A stretch of DNA of 64,000 nucleotides, from the NCBI RefSeq assembly GCF_963921235.1, contig NC_086097.1:150972001-151036000 (forward strand). The letters run 5' to 3'. A program made the translations under genes and the position numbers. The stretch's first letter is position 1. Every line of letters begins with the position of its first letter. This document shows, piece by piece, positions 62,186-64,000 of the stretch. The notes beneath the pieces are model-generated. The model was not told the origin of the DNA. It made no database searches and saw nothing but the letters and a program-made list of their open reading frames with translations. The stretch comes from Mobula hypostoma. Its lineage: Eukaryota.

Positions 62186-64000
62186 ACATAGAACATACAA
62201 CATAGAACATAGAATAGTACAGCACAGTACAGGCCCTTCGGCCCACAATGTTGTGCTGATCCTCAAACCCTGCCTCCCATATAAGCCCCCACCTTAAATT
62301 CCTCCATATACCTGTCTAGTAGTCTCTTAAACTTCACTAGTGTATCTGCCTCCACCACTGACTCAGGCAGTCCATTCCACGCACCAACCACTCTGAGTAA
62401 AAAACCTTCCTCTAATATCCCCCTTGAACTTCCCACCCCTTACCTTAAAGCCATGTCCTCTTGTATTGAGCAGTGGTGCCCTGGGGAAGAGACGCTGACT
62501 ATCCACTCTATCTATTCCTCTTATTATCTTGTACACCTCTATCACGTCTCCTCTCATCCTCCTTCTCTCCAAAGAGTAAAGCCCTAGCTCCCTTAATCTC
62601 TGATCATAATGCATACTCTCTAAACCAGGCAGCATCCTGGTAAATCTTCTCTGTACCTTTTCCAATGCTTCCACATCCTTCCTATGGTGAGGCGACCAGA
62701 ACTGGACCCAGTACTCCAAGTGAGGCCTTACCAGAGTTTTATAGAGCTGCATCATTACATCGCGACTCTTAAACTCTATCCCTCGACTTATGAAAGCTAA
62801 CACCCCATAAGCTTTCTTAACTACCCTATCCACCTGTGGGGCAACTTTCAGGGATCTGTGGACATGTACCCCAAGATCCCTCTGCTCCTACATACTACCA
62901 AGTATCCTGCCATTGACTTTGTACTCTGCCTTGAAATTTGTCCTTCCAAAGTGTACCACCTCACACTTCTCCGGGTTGAACTCCATCTGCCACTTCTCAG
63001 CCCACTTCTGCATCCTATCAATGTCTCTCTGCAATCTTTGACAATCCTCTACACCATCTACAACAGCACCAACCTTTGTGTCGTCTGCAAACTTGCCAAC
63101 CCACCCTTCTACCCCCACATCCAGGTTGTTAATAAAAATCACAAAAAGTAGAGGTCCCAGAACAGATCCTTGTGGGACACCACTAGTCACAATCCTCCAA
63201 TCTGAATGTACTCCCTCCACCACCACCCTCTGCCTTCTGCAGGCAAGCCAGTTCTGAATCCAGCTGACCAAACTTGCCTGGATCCCATGCCTTCTGACTT
63301 TCTGAATAAGTCTACCGTGTGGAACCTTGTCAAATGCCTTACTAAAATCCATATAGATCACATCCACTGCACTACCCTCATCTTTATGCCTGGTCACCTC
63401 CTCAAAGAACTCTATCAGGCTTGTTAGACATGATCTGCCCTTCACAAAGCGATGCTGACTGTCCCTGATCAGACCATGATTCTCGAAATGCCCATCAATC
63501 CTATCTCTAAGAATCTTTTCCAACAGCTTTCCCACCACTGACGTAAGGCTCACTGGTCTATAATTACCCGGACTATCCCTACTATGTTTTTTGAACAAGG
63601 GGACAACATTCGCCTCCCTCCAATCCTCTGGTACCATTCCTGTGGACAACGAGGATATAAAAATCCTAACCAGAGGCTCAGCAATCTCTTCCCTCACCTC
63701 GTAGAGCAGCCTGGGGAATATTCCATCAGGCTTCGGGGACTTATCCGTCCTAATGTATCTTAACAACTCCAACACCTCCTCTCCCTTAATATCAACATGC
63801 TCCAGAACATCAACCTCACTCATATTGTCCTCACCATCATCAAGTTCCCTCTCATTGGTGAATACCGAAGAGAAGTATTCATTGAGGACCTCGCTACTTC
63901 CACAGCCTCCAGGCACATCTTCCCACCTTTATCTCTAATTGGTCCTACCTTCACTCCTGTCATCCATTTTTTCTTCACATAATTGAAGAATGCCTTGGGG
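62186..64000 (-). mobile_element. Young CR1 LINE running off the window end
   Basis: ORFs 62888..63916 (RT, FADD) and 62363..62833 share one frame, separated by a stop; catagaacatag tail at 62186-62215. Confidence 0.93.

Overview
This is eukaryotic DNA dominated by transposable elements (TEs), either intergenic or deep inside a large intron. I found no convincing host protein-coding gene, rRNA, tRNA gene or CRISPR array. The repeats present are CR1 LINEs with (TTCTATGT)n-type tails, HE1-like V-SINEs, a Deu-domain SINE, Neptune-type Penelope elements, Rex1, RTE, Tx1, Tc1, hAT and Gypsy. By inference this mix points to a cartilaginous fish, probably a ray or skate. Every long ORF in the track is a TE remnant or its antisense shadow. 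The most notable structures are: (i) minimal hammerhead-ribozyme motifs in Penelope termini, one sitting in the loop of a perfect 84-bp-arm palindrome; (ii) a four-level nest CR1<hAT<Tx1<Gypsy, whose Gypsy has a PNMA-like gag and a scrambled integrase-before-RT order; (iii) four solo LTRs and one LTR-PBS mini-remnant, all bounded by target-site duplications (TSDs); (iv) near-intact CR1 and Rex1 copies. I did not find a clearly new biological system; the findings are unusual variants of known mobile-element biology. Boundaries without a TSD are approximate, and family names come from motif recognition, not database searches.
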